Shown: in pieces, positions 36,975 to 50,660 of the stretch
Numbering within the stretch: the stretch's first letter is position 1
Layout of the letters: each line of letters starts with the position of its first letter
Assembly (NCBI GenBank): GCA_013239625.1
Contig: MU054323.1
Location: 16,434,029 to 16,498,028, forward strand
Length of the DNA: 64,000 bases
Direction: 5' to 3'
From: Lama guanicoe
Lineage: Eukaryota
Made by a program: the position numbers and the translations under genes
Notes under the pieces: model-generated
What the model was told of the DNA's origin: nothing
What the model saw: the letters and a program-made list of their open reading frames with translations, nothing else
Database searches by the model: none

Positions 36975-37697
36975 GTTGGTCCTAAAGACTAATTCCAGCT
37001 TCATAGATTTATTTTGTGTACGTCTTGCACGCTGAACACCTATTCTCATATCTTAGTTCAGATACAAGTAGTTCTGTAGTTCTGTCAAGGAAGTGGAGTT
37101 GCTGTTTTCTCAGTAGAGCTTTTATCTTCTTGTTTTTGCTCACTTCATTTCTTTAACCTGAAATATTCTTTCTTTCTTTTTTTTAAGCCATTCATGTTCA
37201 CTGAGTCTTTAAAGAAAAACCTTCCCTTCTGCAGCTGGTTCTCATTAAATTCACCCAGTTCTGATCTTTTTTTTCCCTCTCCACTTCTCTAGACATTTAG
37301 GTATTCAGTTTGTGTTTTATTAATTTACATTTGCTGAAAGGCTTTTTAAAAATTATGTATTGCCAAATATTGCAGATGTGTATAGTCAGATCAGATTGTA
37401 AATTCACGGGGACTTGGGCTATCCTAGTTTTGCCTCCTCCCAGATCACCTCTACCAGTTATTTTGCACAAAACAGACACTGTGATTGGTATGAAAAACTG
37501 CTTCTGAGTGAAACTGAGTTTGAGGCATTTCAAGAAGTTACTTCATATCGAAATAGCAGATAGGTCAAGAATGCTAGATAAATAGGATATAAATATTTAG
37601 CAGGTGTTCTATTGTTGAATGAGTAAATGAATGCGTTCATGCATGAAGGCCACTGGGACTTGGCTAATCCATTTTCAGTGGAAATTATTTTGGGGCA

Positions 37698-39020
37698 TCA
37701 AATATTTATTAAGCACCTAATATGTTCCTGTCATTTTACTAGACCCACAGATGGAAATGTGAAAAAAAAAGTTAAAAATTCAGTCTCTGACCTCTAGGAA
37801 AATAGATACAGAAGAAAGATGCATACATACTCATATGGTTAATACAAATGAAGCAGAGGGTGCAGGGAGAGCACGGGGATGGTTACTGAGCTTGTCATAA
37901 TTACATGAGAAATTGTTCCTGAGTAAAATGACACCAATCAAAACTTAGTTTTGATTGAGGTAGAGTGAGAAAAGGATTTCAGGCAAGGGGAATGGCATTC
38001 AGAAAAAGCACAGGATTATTTTAGCATGATGAGTGCAGTGAAGGACAAGTTGTTTAAAGCATACAATGGGAGGCAGCAATTTCGGGGAGATAAGAATGGA
38101 GAGGTAGGTACGGACAGATCAAGGAGGGTCTGTTTTCCCTCAGAGGGAGCTTGGTCAGGTTTGGGAGAGTCCATGGACCAGTACAGGCAGAGGAATGACA
38201 TGGTCAACTCAGATTCCTCTGGCAGCCAGGTGGAGGATAGTCCTGCATAAATTAAAGGAGTATGACCATCTCTGCAGATGACTGAGGCCTTGAACTAGAC
38301 TTTAATAATAGAAACACAAAGGAGGAATGGGTTAGAGAACTATTTAGCAGGAAAAATGATCAGGGCTTGGTGAGTGACAGAATGTGGAAAGTGAAAGAGA
38401 AAGATGAGTCTAGCTGGGCTGTCAGATTCCTGGCTTTAGTGACTGGGTAACTTCTGTGTCACTGTGTTGTGAAGGCAGGGGAAAGAGAATGGATGGTGTG
38501 GGGAAGATGACAGGTTCAATTAGGTTCGGTTTCATCCTTTTGAGTTTGAGGTACCCATTGAGATATTCAGGTAGATATAGGAACTCCTTCCATTGGAGAA
38601 GTCTACTTGGGAGAGTCATGTCCTTAAGGGAGAGCCCAATCTCAGTTGTCAAGAAATGGAGGGAGCATCTGTGAAGAGGTTGAAGACATAGGGTGGTTGG
38701 ATTATCATGAAATAGAGTCTCAGAGGGCACAGTTGATAGCTGTGGGGTGGGAGACAGAGAGGAGTGGCTGGTCAGAGACAGGAGGCTTAGAATCCTATGA
38801 GATGAGTGTGTGGGAGAGTCAGGGAGCATGGTTTGCATTTTGTTTGGTGACCAGGGATGATACAGATTTCAGACTTGATATGGTTAGCTGGCTTTGAGAA
38901 TCCCCCATGGAATTTAGGATTGAAGGCAGGGCAGGATTTGGGTTTGGGTTTGGGAAGCTCAGGTGAGGGATGGTTAATATTAGTGGTGATTCTGTCTTCA
39001 CATAACAACATTGTCAATGG
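37698..39020 (-). mobile_element. Long degraded L2 LINE
   Basis: 'caaatatttattaagcacctaatatg' 3' end; purine-rich L2 ORF2 antisense text such as 'tgagtttgaggtaccc'. Confidence 0.75.
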
Positions 39021-39697
39021 AGTCTGTGATAGTGGCCTCTAGACAACGGCCCCATGAACTTTATGAGCCCTGTGGTGAGAGGAAGCTAGATTGGCAAAAA
39101 AACAAATGGCTCTGAGATATCTGTGTATATAATTTCATCTAAAATTGTACATCAACCAGGAAGTCAGCCAGGAGATACGCATTTAATTAGTCAGAATATT
39201 TCTAATTTTCTTCTACATTGGTAATGGAAAGAACGTGGGAGAAGATAGAGAAACTAAGAAAACAAACAAATGGCTGACAACCACATAAGTTAAACTAACT
39301 TGGCTCCCACTTTGTTACCCAGAAATGATTTTTGAAGTCATTTGCAGGAGTACAAGGAATTTCTAGGAGAGATGCTTTTTCCTCAAACACTTCAACTTCT
39401 AATGACCTCTCAAACCTTCTGATTTTTGCCAGAGTGCTTCTTGATACAGATATTACAGCTAGGCATTTGACTAATTAAAAAGTTCAACAACAGATAAATA
39501 CTAGAAAGTAGAAAGCCATCTTAGCACAGGAGTAATGTGTTAGGAGTATCCCAGGCACCAGGCATTTAAAGGGTGGATCTTCTTACACAGTCATCATAGT
39601 TTTCTCCCAGGCTTACCTCTCACGATGACCTGTCACCCCTATGTCAAAGTCTGAGCATTTCTTCCTGTCTTTCAGAGCCTTCAATAATCTGGCTTCC

Positions 39698-39810
39698 ACC
39701 TCATCTGTCAAATGGGAATAGTAACCACTACTCTGTTTATCCCATAGGTTTTTGGTCAAGACAAAGGATATCGTACATGTGAAAGTGATTTGAAAGATGC
39801 AAAAGCTATA
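39698..39810 (+). mobile_element. MIR fragment
   Basis: 'cctcatctgtcaaatgggaatagtaaccacta...catgtgaaagtg'. Confidence 0.65.
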
Positions 39811-41044
39811 TGTATTTAAAAGGTAGTTCCTTTATGGCTATGTTTTTGCTTTATCCTCTTCCTTTAGTGCCAGAATTTTCTGTCCCTAAACCCCAGGCTC
39901 CCTAATACTGGGTGCCAGATTTCTTTACCCCCAGCTGCCTGATCAACCTCTACTGATGACCAGTTCTACCTTTGCTTGAATATTTGCCTTCCAACTTAGA
40001 CTTCAAAACAGTGATTCTTAATCACCAGCATATACTTGTCTTTAAGTACTGGCTTGTCCACTTCAGATCCATTTTCAACCTCCTCTCCCATGTTTCTGAG
40101 CATCGAGTAACAAACCCACAACCTCTTTTTAAAAATAAAAAAGCAAGACCAATGATCTCCATTGGCCTCTCCTGACCTGGATTATTCTACTTTCACACAA
40201 GTTGTATATCTAAATCATTCTCTCCTGTGAAACATCATGGGCCCTGGGGGATCTGAGTGTAACAAAGAAACTGTCTCGCTCAAAGCTGCTGGGATACTGA
40301 CATTAAGACCTGTGCAAGAGTAAAAGTCTAGGAAAAAGCAGAGAGTAAAGAAAGATATCCAGGTCAATCTCCAAAGTGAAGAGAAACAAGATAGCTGTTG
40401 AAAACTGGAGTATGGGGACTGGATTCCAAAGGCCTGGTAGGCCACAGTGAGGAACAGAGAGTGGCCACCACCTGGGGTCATTGACAAGGCTACACTCAGT
40501 GAGAGCTCCATGTAAGATGGCCTGTCACCCTCCAGGGTCTCCTGTAGGTACAGGCAATACAGATAGCTAACCAAGTGTCTATCTTGAAGGTGATGTAGCT
40601 GTTTGAGATTACTAAGGGGGCAAATAAGCTGAAATATGATTTACTAAGATTATCAGTATGGCTGCTATATGCTTTATCACTTTAAGTTTCTGAATCAAAA
40701 AATACCTTCCTCTAAACATTGTTATCTATACTCAGTAGGGTTTTTGATAAGACTTTATCTCTGAGGGCAAGAGTGTAATAAAGATATTCAGCTACTGCAA
40801 CTTTTCTTTAGAGAGTGCTTGGGCTTTAAATGAAAGCAGTAAATTTTCTTCTTCTCAATGATGAGAAAGGCTCAAACCATTTATGTAGCATAATTGAGAA
40901 GTTATTGGACAGTTTACAAGGAAACATTTTTATGAGTGATCAAATGCAGCAGTTAAATGATTTTTCCTTATTTCAGCTTTAAAATGCTAAGACTTCCAGT
41001 CACACTGTGAACCAAGGCTGAAAGGAAAGGAGCACACCAGGATA

Positions 41045-41270
41045 GACCTTGAGGCCTGGGTTCCTCTGCAGCTCTGCTGCTCTCTGTCTCATGGGCAGGA
41101 CTGGTCACCCAGCTCCGCTGCCTGCCTCTGCTTGTTCATTTTTCAAGTGGGGATAATAAAGTGAGGTTTGCCTTGCCTGGCCCTGCCTGCTTCAGAGGGC
41201 GATTTGGAGGCTGCTAAACAGTAACAGATGTAAACATTCTGAACACTGCAAAGTGCTCTGAATGTTGCTG
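41045..41270 (+). mobile_element. Degraded MIR
   Basis: 'gcctgggttcctctgcagctctgc...ttcatttttcaagtggggataataa'. Confidence 0.55.
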
Positions 41271-42218
41271 TTCCTTTACGATCACTGACCTCAGTGAATG
41301 ACCAGGTACATATATAATAGAGTATCTGTCAATATCTAACATTAAACATTACTGATTTCTTTATAGAGGCTTTACTATTGTTATTATATCATTACTATTA
41401 GTTTAAATTACAAACATCATACATAAATGTAAGCTAATTGTAAAAAATTCAGACATATATGGTATTTTTTAATATGGACTGTCATATAATTTATAGACAG
41501 CTTCTTCATAAGTCAGTGAAATGTCTTCCATATTTCCAAATTAAAGCAATGACGAAAGGCTTTATAACTTCACTGCAAAGACTTTTTGCAAATTTCATAC
41601 ATATAAATTCTTTACCTAATTTATATTATTTATTTGAGTGTATTTTATTTTGTGCATCTTTGTAAGAGTTCTTTAAAACCTTTGGGAGCAAGATTTGAAA
41701 TACATAAAAAATAAATATCAGTTGCTTCTGCTTCCCCTTCCCTTCCCTTGATTGCTTTGCTTTTTCTAAACAAACTCTCAAGCTGATAGCAGCTGTTAAC
41801 TTCCCCCTCCCGCTTCCTTCAATATTTTCCTGGGTCATTCCAAGTTCAGGGAGTGACTTTTACCTCAAATAACCTGTTTTACATACACAAACCAAATCTA
41901 CCTTTGAATTCCTCTAACATTCTTTCATAGTTACCTCAGGAGAATCTTCACTCCCCAATTCCCTCACAGGACTAAAAACCATGGCCCTGTGTTTGACTTG
42001 CTAGTGATAAATCTGCATCAGTGAAAAAGTTTGTTTGCCAACGTACTTGCGCTAAAATATTTCTCGCGTGCCTACTCTGTGCCAGACACCATGGACCACT
42101 TAGCCATGTGGGCCGTTTGGGGGATCATGGAAGGCTTCTCGGAGGAACTGTTGATCTGAACTGAGGTCTGGGAGATGAGGAGGAGGAGAAGGAGAGGGAG
42201 TTAACTAGGTGAACAGCG

Positions 42219-42242
42219 TTTGTGTGTGTGTGTGTGTGTGTG
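42219..42242 (+). repeat. (TG)n microsatellite within an L2 remnant (~42050-42320)
   Basis: About 11 TG units. Confidence 0.9.
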
Positions 42243-43905
42243 ATGAGGTAGAAGGAAAGATCTAATCAGATTTGCATTTTTGAAACAGTAATTCTGGCTT
42301 CAGAATAGAACATGTTACAGGGAGACCAGTTTCAAAAGATTCAAATAAGAATAGATAGTATTTCATGACAGTGAACAGCCCCTGATAATCTTGAAATGAC
42401 ACAGACATTCCTTTTAAAATCTTAAAAAATGTTCATTTATTACCTAATCCTCTGATGCTTAAATCTATTTCAAGCATTCAAGTATTATTTAAGATCAAAA
42501 TCCGAAGAACCTATTTCTCAATTATGATGATTCCTAGTACAGCCAGATGTTTCTACTATTTTGGGCATAACCCTATGGTGGTCCCGCTACAGCCCTTTCT
42601 GTGGAAGGTGGAGTGAAGGAAGGTCCAAGTGAGGCAAGGCTTGGGGGCCAGCCTTGCGGGGACAGGAGGTCTCGTCAGACCAGCAGGAGGTACCCAGTGG
42701 GGCTTACGTTGGTGTTCTTACCTGATCCAGGCTTTAAGTCACACCACTTGATTCATTACTTTCCTGCCTCTCTTGCTGTAGTTATTCCCAAATTCATCTG
42801 AAATCATTTATTCATGATCCAGATTTTAATATGGTCATACTTATCAATAAATACTCAGGAACCATTCGTTGAGGAGGCAGTAATAAAAAAAAAATCTATA
42901 TAGTATGAGCCAGAATCCCCAAAGCACATGATTTGGCAACATCAGAGGCATGTAAAAATCAGGAGCATATTTCATTCTTGTCCTCAACAAAAAGCTCGGC
43001 AGAGCAATATTAACTATCACGGAGACAGACTCACAAACAGATCACCTATTGCTGTTTAAGGATTGTCTCTCTGAGAAAGGGATTCTGTCTTCTAAAAATT
43101 TAATGATTCTGATTTAAGACACACATTAAAATAGTTTAAAAAAAAACCCACTGAAGAATACTGAGAATGGGTGCTGTCCAGGTGACATTGTTACATAAAT
43201 CTTCATTCACTTTTGTTTCATGGGATACTCATTTCTATTTTATTTTATTTTTAAACCACGGTTTGATGGATTTATACTCTTCAGCTCCCAATTTTGTTTC
43301 CTTTGCTGTGGTATTTCTGGACTTCACTTTTCAGGGTGATGGGTTATTTGGTGAAGCAGATTTCTAAAACAAAGGAAAGATTTTTAGGTTGGTGAATGGT
43401 TCTGCTTGGAAATACAACCTCTGTTGAGGTTGAGAACAATAAGGAAGAGTAAAAACGCTGAAAAAGGTAAAGCAAGAAAAGAAACAAGACACTGTGAATA
43501 AGCAACAGTTTCATTTATGGGGAGAAATGGACAATTTTATGAGCTTTCTGTAGATGCAGCCAACTGGGAATTAACCCATTCCTTGTCTTTCTAACCACAA
43601 ATGTGGTTAGTTCTCGCTAGAGAAAAAAATTAGGTTGAAGCTATTACACACAAGAATTCATAGTCTGAGTTTCTTGTTGATACATGGAACAGAATGGGAG
43701 ACAGTGGGTAAGGAGCATTGGCTTTGGAGATTTAGATTGATAGATAATTTCATACATATACAAATACAGCATATATCAGTTGAAGTACATACACATATAT
43801 CTATAAAATTACCTCTATCCCTGTCTCCATATCTGTATTAAAATCACATGGTAACACTCAATGGCTGATGCTTTCGTTGTCACTGTCAGATTGGCTTAGA
43901 GTTGT

Positions 43906-44395
43906 CAGGGTAGTGTGAATGATGATCCACTAAAGATGTCCATATCCTAATCCTTGGAATCTGTGAGTGTTACCTTATATGGCAAGAGAAGTTCTGCATT
44001 TGTGATCAAATTAAGAATTTTGAGGTGGAGAGATTATTCTGAATTACCAAGGGGCTTGATGCAAATAAACGGGTCTTTATAAAAGGCATGCAGAAGGAGT
44101 CAGAATCAGAGAGAAGATGATGTGATGACAGAAGCAGAGGGACAGAGAAAAAGAAATTTGAAGATGCTAGCTTTGAAGACAAAGGTAGGGGACCACACAC
44201 CAAAAAATGTTGGCTGCCTTTGAAAGCTAAAAAGGGCAAGGAAACGGGGTTTCCCCTGGAGCCTCCAAGGGGAATTCAGTCCCATGGATCCACTTTAGAT
44301 TTGTGACCTCCAGAAAAGTAATATAATAAATTGGTGTTGTTTTAAGCCTCTAAGTTTGAGGTAATTTGTTATAGCAGCAATAGGAAACTAATACA
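43906..44395 (+). mobile_element. MLT1D-like MaLR solo LTR
   Basis: 'aaagatgtccatatcctaatccttggaatctgtga...gttaccttatatggcaa' ... 'gcagcaataggaaactaataca'; flanks gttgt/gctgt form a near-perfect TSD. Confidence 0.9.
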
Positions 44396-44949
44396 GCTGT
44401 GGTTGGACATGACATGTTGTAACTTCCCCCACAGCCACTTCTCCAGCTGGTCTGTCTGTGGAGAGTCACAACCCCAGTGCTTCAGGAGCTGGAGCTTTGA
44501 AGGATGACCTGAAGGCACTCAGAGGCAGGCTCCCCAGGGCTGTCCTTAGAGCCTTTCAGTCAGGTGCCTTGTCTACATCACCAGCAAACAAACTATACCT
44601 GGCCCTGCACCTCCTTTGAGCAGACACGGGATTTGGTGGGGGCTCAGGGATGCCAAGGAAGAGAGGGAGAGGCTGGGGCCCACCCACACACATTGCAAGT
44701 GGTGGATTGCTGGCTGTGGTTTTCCTGGAAGGCTCTTAAATGGCTTTCAGAACATTCTTTGTTGGGGCCCTACATTCTTTGGCAGGGCTGTCATGACCCA
44801 AGGGGTGTGGCCAGCAAGCCACATCCTCTAGGGTGTTTTGTGGGCTGCTCTGCAGCGTGGCATAGGGACCCTGGCTCGAGAGACCTGCTTCCCTCTAAAC
44901 CTACTGCTCAGGAAGTATAGAGCCCTTTTCTGTTTATCCTCGAGATGGA

Positions 44950-45290
44950 AAGTCTCTCTATTTTCCCACTACGAAAAGGAGTTTGTTCCTAAGTTTTAGG
45001 GAACTGTTATTTGAAATCCTTACACTTGCTAAAATATCAGCCCAAGTCCTAAAGGCTAAAAATAAAAGGCAACATCTCACCCTCTCAAGCAGTGATTCAG
45101 TCACCATGGTCAGACAAGAGGCCATTATCCTATTCTGTAATATCTTGCTCACTCCTCTGTGCTTCCATATACAGTCAGTGGCTATATTCCCCTCTCCCAA
45201 ATCCATGCATTCTTCAGTGCTGGAACGGTGTCTAATAAAGCCTGATATTCCCAGAGGTTAGCACTGATAATGTTTGTTGGATGAATGAAC
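44950..45290 (+). mobile_element. L2 3' fragment
   Basis: Ends 'gcactgataatgtttgttggatgaatgaa'; 5' boundary uncertain. Confidence 0.45.
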
Positions 45291-45336
45291 TTCACCCTAT
45301 GTAGCTATTTATGTAGTTGATACCTACCAGATGTAG

Positions 45337-48300
45337 TTTTTTTTTAAATTGAGGTATAATTTACATATAATCCATCAAAAAGCATTAAATATTTTGTTCA
45401 GTGATTTTGAAAATTGAATACATGATGATGATTGAATGCACCAAACAAGATATAACTGCCATTCATGTATTTTTTCACCATAGATGAATTTTGCCAATTT
45501 TTAGACTTCATACAAATAGAATCATATAGCATATACCTTTTTGGTTAGCTTTTTTCCCTTAGCATAACTGGAAGTCTTAAGATTCATCCATGTTTTTCCA
45601 TCATAAGTACTTTTTTCCTTTTATTTCTGATTATTATTATTGTAATTTATGAATATATCACTGTGTTTATTTATTTTCCTGTTGATGAACATTTGGTCTA
45701 TTTCTATTTTGGGGCTATTATAAATCAGGCTCCTCTAAATATTCTTGTACAAATCTCTTTGTGAATATGTTTTCATTTCTTTTGAGAAATATTGCGTGTG
45801 GAATTAAGACAGATGCAAAAGTTAATTTTTTAAGAAACTGACAAACGATTCTCCTAAGTGATTGTACTGTTTTCCATTCCTACTAGCAGTGTTTGAGAGT
45901 TCCAGTTTTTCCACATCCCCATCAACTTTTGGTATTGTCATACTTTAAATTTTAGACCTTTTAATGAGTGTAAAATGATACCTCATTGTGATTGAATTTT
46001 GCATATCATGATGATTAGTGCCGTTTAAAACATTTCATGTGCTTGTTGGTCATACTTTAGTATCTTTTTTTTGCAAAATGGATGCTCCAATCTTTTGCCC
46101 ATCTTAAAAAATTAGATTGTTTGTCTTGTTATTGATTTGGAGGAGTTCTTTATATATACAGGATAAAAGCCTTTGTAAAATATATGTACTGACTTTCCTA
46201 TTTATTTTCTTAGTGGCGTGTTTTGATACACAACATTTTTTATTTTGGTGAAAGCCAATTATCATTTTTAATAGTTAATGCTTTTTGTGTGCAAGTATTT
46301 TTTGCCTACTCCAAAACTGCAAAGACATTATTTCATGTTTTCTATTAGAAGCTTTGTTGTTTTAGGTTATATTTTGCTCTGTGATCCATCTCAGACTGAT
46401 CTTATTGTATGGGGTGAGATAGAAGTCAAATTTATTTTTGTTTTTCACATGGTTATCCAGTTGTTCCAGCACCATTTTTTAACATCTTCCTTTATTTATT
46501 AAGTTGTCGCTTTAGTCAAAAATCAGTTGACTCTATGTGTGTGGATCTATTTCTGGATTCTCTTCTATTTGATATTTGCCTATCTGCATTTTAACACCAC
46601 AGTGTCTTAATTCCTGTAGCATTATTTTCAGTTTTGGAACCAGGTATTATAAATCTTCCAACTTTACTCTTTTTAAAAATTATTTTGGCATTTCCACATA
46701 AGCTTTAGACTCATCTTGTCAATTTCTCTAAAAAAGCCTGCTGGAATTTTGATGAGGATCATATTAAATCCATAAATATATCTGGGGGGAATGGATGTCT
46801 TAAAAACATTGAGTCTTCCAATTCATAAACATACTATGTCTCTCTATTTTGGTTGGTCTTCTTAAATTTATCATAATGATGTTTTATAGTTTTTATTGTA
46901 TAGGATTTGTATATCTTTTATTAGATTTTTTCTAAGTATTGATATTTTTCATACTTTTGTAAATGGCATTTAAAAATTTTTGTTTTCTAATTGTTTATTG
47001 CTAGTATATAGAAATAGAATTGATTTTTGTGTATTTATCCTGCTGAAGTCACTCATTAGTTGTTCCTATATCCCATAGCATTTTCTACATAATCATGTCA
47101 TCTGCAAAGAATGACAGTTTTACTTCTTCCTTTATGCCTTCTATCTGTATACTTTTAATTTCTTTTGTTGCTTTATTACATTGGCTAGAACCTCTAGTAA
47201 AATGGTGAGAGTGGACATTTTTGACTTGTTTCTGATCTTAGGAGGAAATATCAAGTATTATATTGGGTATAGATTTTTAGAGATTCCTGTTAGCAGTTTA
47301 AGAAAATTCCTTCTATTCCTAATTTTCTCACAGTTTTTATCATGAATGGGTGTTGACTTTTGTCAAAAACTTTTATGTATATACTGAGATGATCACATAC
47401 TTTTTTCCCTTTATTCTTTAATTTCATTGAATAATTTTCTAATGTTATAGCAATCTTGAAAACCTCATTTAGTCATGATGTATTTTACTTTGAAATGTAT
47501 AACTGGATAATTTTTCTAATATTTTGCTAAGAATTTTTAATCTATCTCAGGAGGAATATTGTTGTAGTTTTCTTTTACTGTGTCTTTGTCAGTATTTGGT
47601 GCTGAGATTATGCTTGCTTTGTAAAATGAGTTGGGAATTATTCCCTCTTTCTCTGTATTTAAAAGAGCTTATATTGAATTGGTATTATTTCTTCCTTAAA
47701 TCATGATAGATTTAATCAGTAGAATCACCTGGGTCTCAAGTTTTCTTTGTAAAAATTTTTTTGAAAATGAATTCAGTTATTTGGATTGATATAGGAATAG
47801 TTAGTTATATATTCTGGTATCTATTTTGGTAAGTTGTGTTTTTCAAATTACTTTCTATTTCATCTAAATTGTTTAATCGTGCCACTATCATCTCTATATA
47901 ATTTCAGAACATTTCCCATCCCAGAAGGAAGCCCTGTCCCCATTAGCAGTTACCCCCTTTCCCTCCCCAGTCCTTGGCAACCACTAATATACTCTCTAGT
48001 AGTCTCTGTCAATTTGACTGTTCTGGATATTTTATATAAATGGAATCACACACTGTATGTCCTTTGGTGAGACATGAGTCTCACCCTTTGTAATGTTGTT
48101 TTCTTATATTTTACTTCTACATATGCTATAAACTCCTCATACATTGTTGTTTTGCTTCAATTAATAATCTTTTAAGTATTATGTATATGTATCTATATGT
48201 ATGACTATATACACCTGTATCTACATATCTGTTTTCTGTCTGTCTGTCTGTCTATCTATCTCTATCTACATCTATCGGTCTATTAAAAAAGGAAAAGATT

Positions 48301-48722
48301 CTTTTGTATTTACCCAGGTATTTATCCTGTCTGTTGTTCTGTGTTCTTTTTTATTCTTTTAAATTATTTTTTGTAATGTAGATTTGCTAGAGATGAATCC
48401 TCTCAGTTTTTGTCTTTCTGAAAATGTCTTTTATTTTACCTTAATTCTGAAGGATATTTTAATAGAATTCTTGTTTTGTCCTTTCAACATTTTAAAATTG
48501 CAGTTCTATATTCCTCTAGCCACCATTGTTTCTCAGAGAAGTCATCCTTCATTTGTATCATTTTGTACAGTATAAATGTAACATGTCCTTTAACTCTGGC
48601 TACTTTTAACATTTGCTCTTTCTCTTTGGTTTTCAGCAATGGGACTATGTTATGCCAAGGTTTGGTTATCACTGCATTTATCCTACTTGGGTTTCACAGA
48701 ACTTTTGGATTTGCAAGTTGAC
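45337..48722 (-). mobile_element. Old L1M cluster (L1ME-type 3' UTR/ORF2, a short L1MB-like 3' piece at ~47870-48070, ORF1 remnant at ~48380-48720)
   Basis: T-rich antisense L1 text; ORF 48484..48672 (PWHNIVPLLKTKEKEQMLKVARVKGHVTF...DDFS) resembles L1 ORF1p. Confidence 0.85.
48232..48275 (+). repeat. (TCTG)n(TCTA)n tetranucleotide microsatellite
   Basis: Visible directly in the sequence. Confidence 0.8.
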
Positions 48723-50199
48723 ATTTTCAGAGATATTACACTGTTTTCCACACTCCAGCAATAATTGCAACATTTTGTGATACACATCTGCCCTCAAAGT
48801 TGGATACTTTCCTTCCTCCCATCTACTTTACTTCCAATGTTTTCCTTCAGCATCTTTCCATCCTAAAGCCTAACCCACCTCTAAAATAGGACACTGGGAG
48901 TACATCCCAGCCACCTGGAGTGACAGGCTCATACTTTTTAACAGCTGAAGTTGTCCTTGGCTGCTTCTCTGAACTTTCTCTAAAGCTCCACTCCCATGCT
49001 CAGTCCCTGCAGTCAGCTGTAATTTCTAATAATTTCTATTAACAGTTTCAAATAATCAACTCAAATGCTTTAGTTGTTTCTTTCATATTTTGTCTTAAGT
49101 TCATATAGTCCACAGATCAGAGGACAGAAAATAATTACCAGTGCCCTGCTGAGTACCTATGGCCAGGAAGGATATCTACTCATGTACCAGGCAGTGTACT
49201 GCTGTTCTTGTTCCTACACTATGGAGGAAATTTTCTCAGTCTTGACATCATCTGGAAGATATCCTTCTCATCAAATCAGAGCAGAGCCCAGAGGCAGCAG
49301 ACTGGAATGGGGAGTACTCAGTCAGACAAAGAGAGAAAGCTGTAGGACAGACTACATACACTAAATGGGAAGCCGGCCCTTTGCACCCCCTAAATCAGAG
49401 AAGCATTTATCAGGGCATATGAGAAGGCATAAAAATTCCTCATAATTGTGATTGAACAATACCGTGAACTTTGACTAAAGCTCAATTCTCAGCCCAAAAG
49501 CTGAGATTAGAATTTTTTATAGATAGTAATGAAGGCCCTGGTGCAAAGGTTATCAGACTGATGTGAGAAAAGAAATTTGTGGGAGATTCAGAAGAGGGAG
49601 AGTGGGACTTACATATCCCAAGAAGAGGCCAACATGGAGACAATCCTTTGTAAATCACCAATCTTAGTGATAGGAAATTGGAGGTACATACCAGGAACCC
49701 ACTGATGACTTACAGTTTGCTCTGAAAAGTCATGCCTGGCTTTAACTACTTAATATATAGTTCTCATTCCACAGTGTAAGCTGAAGAATTTTCTACTATC
49801 CCCTTCTATTACTGTCATAAATTCCCAACTTCAAGGTCCTTCCATGTCATGATGTACAGAGCTGTTTGGGTTTAGGATGCCCTGGCACAACCTTTGTCGG
49901 CAGCAGTGTCTTGCCCAGAGATGGAAAACCACATGAACAGTAAAGCCCTTACAAAAAGTTCCTTTAACAAGGCTTTTCTCTGTCAGGGTGTGGTGCTTAT
50001 TAGACTTTTATACCTCCTCTGCCCAAATGTTCCCCCATTTCCTGTTACAAAGCAGTGCAACTTCCCCTGTGGTAGATACTTTAATAATAGAGCTGCCTCC
50101 AACAGAGAAGATTACAACTCACTCCAGAACCACAGTCACCACAGGGTCCTCTGCAGAGGTGTGTGTAATCTTCAAGCTGTGGGCAAAGCTTGAAAAGCC

Positions 50200-50660
50200 C
50201 ACTGCTGAGCGAGAGGAGCCTGCAGACTACAAACAGACACCAAGCTGCAGGGGTGGCAAAGCAGTGGCAAGGGAGCCAGGGAGAGGGGGGCGCATATCTT
50301 GCCTTTGATTGCGCCTTTCAAACCAACAACCAAAGTCCTCCCTCAGTGACAAATACCAAAACCAGGAAAGCCAATCCTCCTCTGGACTGGCGATCCCTTA
50401 TAACAAGGTAATTGTAGGGCAAATGGCAGTAGCCTGAATAAAGGCTGATCTCAGCGTCACAGGCTGCGAGTCACAGACTGCAAGTCACAAAGAGAGCTGA
50501 GGTTCTGCCAGGAATTACTGATGTTTTCTTTCCTGATCTGTTTGGTTTCCTCTTTTTCTCATTAGCTTTTCTTCCTCTCCTCCCCCTCCCCCTTCTTCTT
50601 CTTCCTTTTCTTTTATGCTGTCCCACCCTTACGTCAGATCTGACAGTGTCAGCAGCCCCT
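50200..50660. promoter_or_regulatory. Candidate enhancer or alternative promoter in a repeat-poor block
   Basis: CCTTTGAT at 50302, CCAAT at 50371, TTATAA at 50398, TTACGTCA at 50629, CTGACAgTGTCAG at 50640; several CpGs retained. Confidence 0.35.

Noticed and set aside
13690..48722. Most L1 sequence lying on the minus strand as evidence for a plus-strand host transcript
   Set aside because: Too few independent insertions, and three L1s (19.3, 22.9, 57.8 kb) are on the plus strand
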